Shown here in pieces: positions 27,580-29,310 of a stretch of DNA of 29,310 nt; the first letter of the stretch is position 1, and each line of letters begins with the position of its first letter. Below the pieces are notes generated by a model. It was not told the DNA's origin. It did no database searches and saw nothing but the letters and a program-made list of their open reading frames with translations. The position numbers and the translations under genes are program-made. The DNA is from Methanoregula sp. (GTDB lineage Archaea > Halobacteriota > Methanomicrobia > Methanomicrobiales > Methanospirillaceae), in the NCBI GenBank assembly GCA_039698055.1, contig JBDKTL010000018.1:1-29310 (forward strand), given 5' to 3'.

Positions 27580-29059
27580 CGATGCCTCCGAGGCTCTTAA
27601 TCACGTTATATTTCTCATCGCTTATCTGCATTATGGATTGCGGGGGGCCGTTAAAAATCCCGGATGCCAATAAGGCGGTCAGTTTTAATGGATTCTTTAA
27701 ATGGAAATGGTGCCGGAAGAGTATGACTGTGAGGGGTTTTGGACTTGTTTCGATCTCGTCCCGGGTATAAACCGTCCGCTTGCCGACAAACCGGATGATC
27801 TCATCGGTCTCTGTCATGCCAACGTTGACTTCTTCGATAACCCCGATTGACGTAATGGACTGGTCGTCCTTCGACCGGTAAAAGAGAGGAATATCGCCAG
27901 GCTTGAGCTGCTTAATCCGGGAATGACTGAGATACGCTTTCTTAATGGCATTCCCTTCCACGATGAACTCATTGGCATGTTCCAAAAGTATCGTCTGCCG
28001 ATCACGATAATCGGTAAAAAGCCGGGTGTGGAACTCCGGGTATATCGGAACGATCCATTTCTTCACTGCAGTACCGTCATAGTAAGAAGGATAATACTTT
28101 TTGAAGATCTCGGTCAGCGGTAATCCAATAATATCACGCGATTCAGGAACCAGTTTCTTCAGGTAGATCTCTTCACCCCGAAAATTAACTCCGGCTTTTA
28201 CAAAACCATATTCACTTATGAGCTCAACCAGTCGATCGTTCTCTTCGGTAAAATGGGTAAGGAAAATCTCATCGCAACCGTTTTGTATGGTAAGATCGAT
28301 GGAGATCTTCAGGAGAAGTTCGCCGATTTTATTCCCGACATGCGTAACTTTGAGTGTCGCTATCTTCATCCGTTTCTTCTGCGGCAATGGCGGTGTGATC
28401 TCAATTACATCATCCTCAAATTTATAAATGAGAAGGGCCCCGATGCTCCCATCACCACGATAACTGACGTAACATTTCCGGTGCTCAAGAGATTTTTTCC
28501 TGAACCATTCGGAAAACTCCGGATAATCGTGTTTGAGAGAGTCAAAGATTGGATCGTTAAGTTTCAGATTGTACATGAAATCTTCTTTGAGTCCCGGAGG
28601 GGAGGAGATTCTTTCTTTTTTAGGGATGAACTGCCGAAAAAATTGGATCGCATCATCAATATGGAGAACACGATCATCGACGCCCGCGGCAAAAGATTTA
28701 CGATGAATCCCTACGTCTTCAGTCAGGAGAAAATCGATTGCCCCACGGTAGACCGAATAAAGGATTTCATTGTCCACGCAGTCTTGCGGTGAATGTGGGC
28801 TTCCGACCATCCTGATAAAATCTGCATCTCCTGCCGAGGAGGGGGGACTTGGCAATTGCCGGTATATCCCGATTTTTGAGAGCATGACATTTCTTCTACG
28901 CTCATCTGTATCCCGCTGAATATCGGTCAAAGATGCAGGATGAATAAATACCTCTACCGGTATCTTTTGCAGGAGTCCGAAAAGATCCCCCACATTTTGT
29001 GAGACGACACGATCATCCTCACGATAAATGAAAATGTTGGTATCAATGAGTAAATGCAT
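27557..29059 (-). CDS. PIN-GNAT-PUA/ASCH fusion protein (500 aa)
   Basis: ATG after RBS AGGAG. PIN: LLIDTNIFI...DNEIL...LLTED. GNAT: DPIFDSLKHDYPEFSEWF...KIATLKV...GNKIGELLLK...YGF. PUA-like: IVPIYPEFHTRLF...GNAIKKAYLS...PGD-x3-FYRS...PPQSI. Confidence 0.85.
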   Translation of the reverse strand: MHLLIDTNIFIYREDDRVVSQNVGDLFGLLQKIPVEVFIHPASLTDIQRDTDERRRNVMLSKIGIYRQLPSPPSSAGDADFIRMVGSPHSPQDCVDNEILYSVYRGAIDFLLTEDVGIHRKSFAAGVDDRVLHIDDAIQFFRQFIPKKERISSPPGLKEDFMYNLKLNDPIFDSLKHDYPEFSEWFRKKSLEHRKCYVSYRGDGSIGALLIYKFEDDVIEITPPLPQKKRMKIATLKVTHVGNKIGELLLKISIDLTIQNGCDEIFLTHFTEENDRLVELISEYGFVKAGVNFRGEEIYLKKLVPESRDIIGLPLTEIFKKYYPSYYDGTAVKKWIVPIYPEFHTRLFTDYRDRQTILLEHANEFIVEGNAIKKAYLSHSRIKQLKPGDIPLFYRSKDDQSITSIGVIEEVNVGMTETDEIIRFVGKRTVYTRDEIETSPKPLTVILFRHHFHLKNPLKLTALLASGIFNGPPQSIMQISDEKYNVIKSLGGIDGRFTVN

Positions 29060-29110
29060 GTGAGACTCCTGATTCAAACATTTTTTTTATGAAATATAAA
29101 AGGCAGATGA

Positions 29111-29136
29111 GCGGAGGGTGAAAGAGAAAATTCACT
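29111..29136 (-). promoter_or_regulatory. Putative operator with dyad GTGAA-N8-TTCAC upstream of the PIN-GNAT-ASCH TATA box
   Basis: GCGGAGGGTGAAAGAGAAAATTCACT, 52 bp from the ATG; minus-strand TTTTATAT at 29094-29101. Confidence 0.55.
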
Positions 29137-29176
29137 TCTTCAATTGTTGTATCATGCCTCAATCCCCTACACCAAA

Positions 29177-29304
29177 ATTCCCGCCGACACCCGACGTGAA
29201 GACCATCGGATCTTACCCCCAAAACACCCCCTTTTCTCCATTCACCCCCACTTCAGGTCACCTCAAAGGAGATCCGCCCACCAAAAGCCGCTATTAGCGT
29301 ACAT
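29177..29304. repeat. Dispersed intergenic repeat (shares segments with 634-735 and 12632-12665)
   Basis: By-eye alignments given under the partner copies. Confidence 0.55.
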
Positions 29305-29310
29305 TTCCAA

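Overview
Archaeal genomic window, most likely from a Methanoregula-like methanogen (Methanomicrobiales), judged from TBP, an Ftr paralogue, a DUF2769 protein and T-tract terminators. It is a patchwork accessory region. It contains the left end of an IS481-like element, a complete IS1595 element with terminal IRs and an 8-bp target duplication, two decayed genes (nitroreductase, RNase HI), two transporters (a DAACS/SDF-SBP fusion and an ABC exporter), two MNT-HEPN toxin-antitoxin pairs, two divergent lipoproteins, tbp, a 5-formyl-THF cyclo-ligase/ftr-like pair, and a defence-like block (PIN-GNAT-ASCH, ASCH, DUF488, DUF2513, KilA-N). The best candidate for an undescribed system lies at 12952-15617. 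There, a ComQ-like isoprenyl transferase that lacks the chain-elongation motifs sits tail-to-tail with a single-pass membrane protein. The cytoplasmic part of that protein carries Gly-rich 14-aa repeats and a Trp-containing NHLP/Nif11-leader-like module, and the pair is bracketed by the two TA modules. No tRNA, rRNA or CRISPR array was seen. All family calls come from motif recognition by eye; no database search was run.
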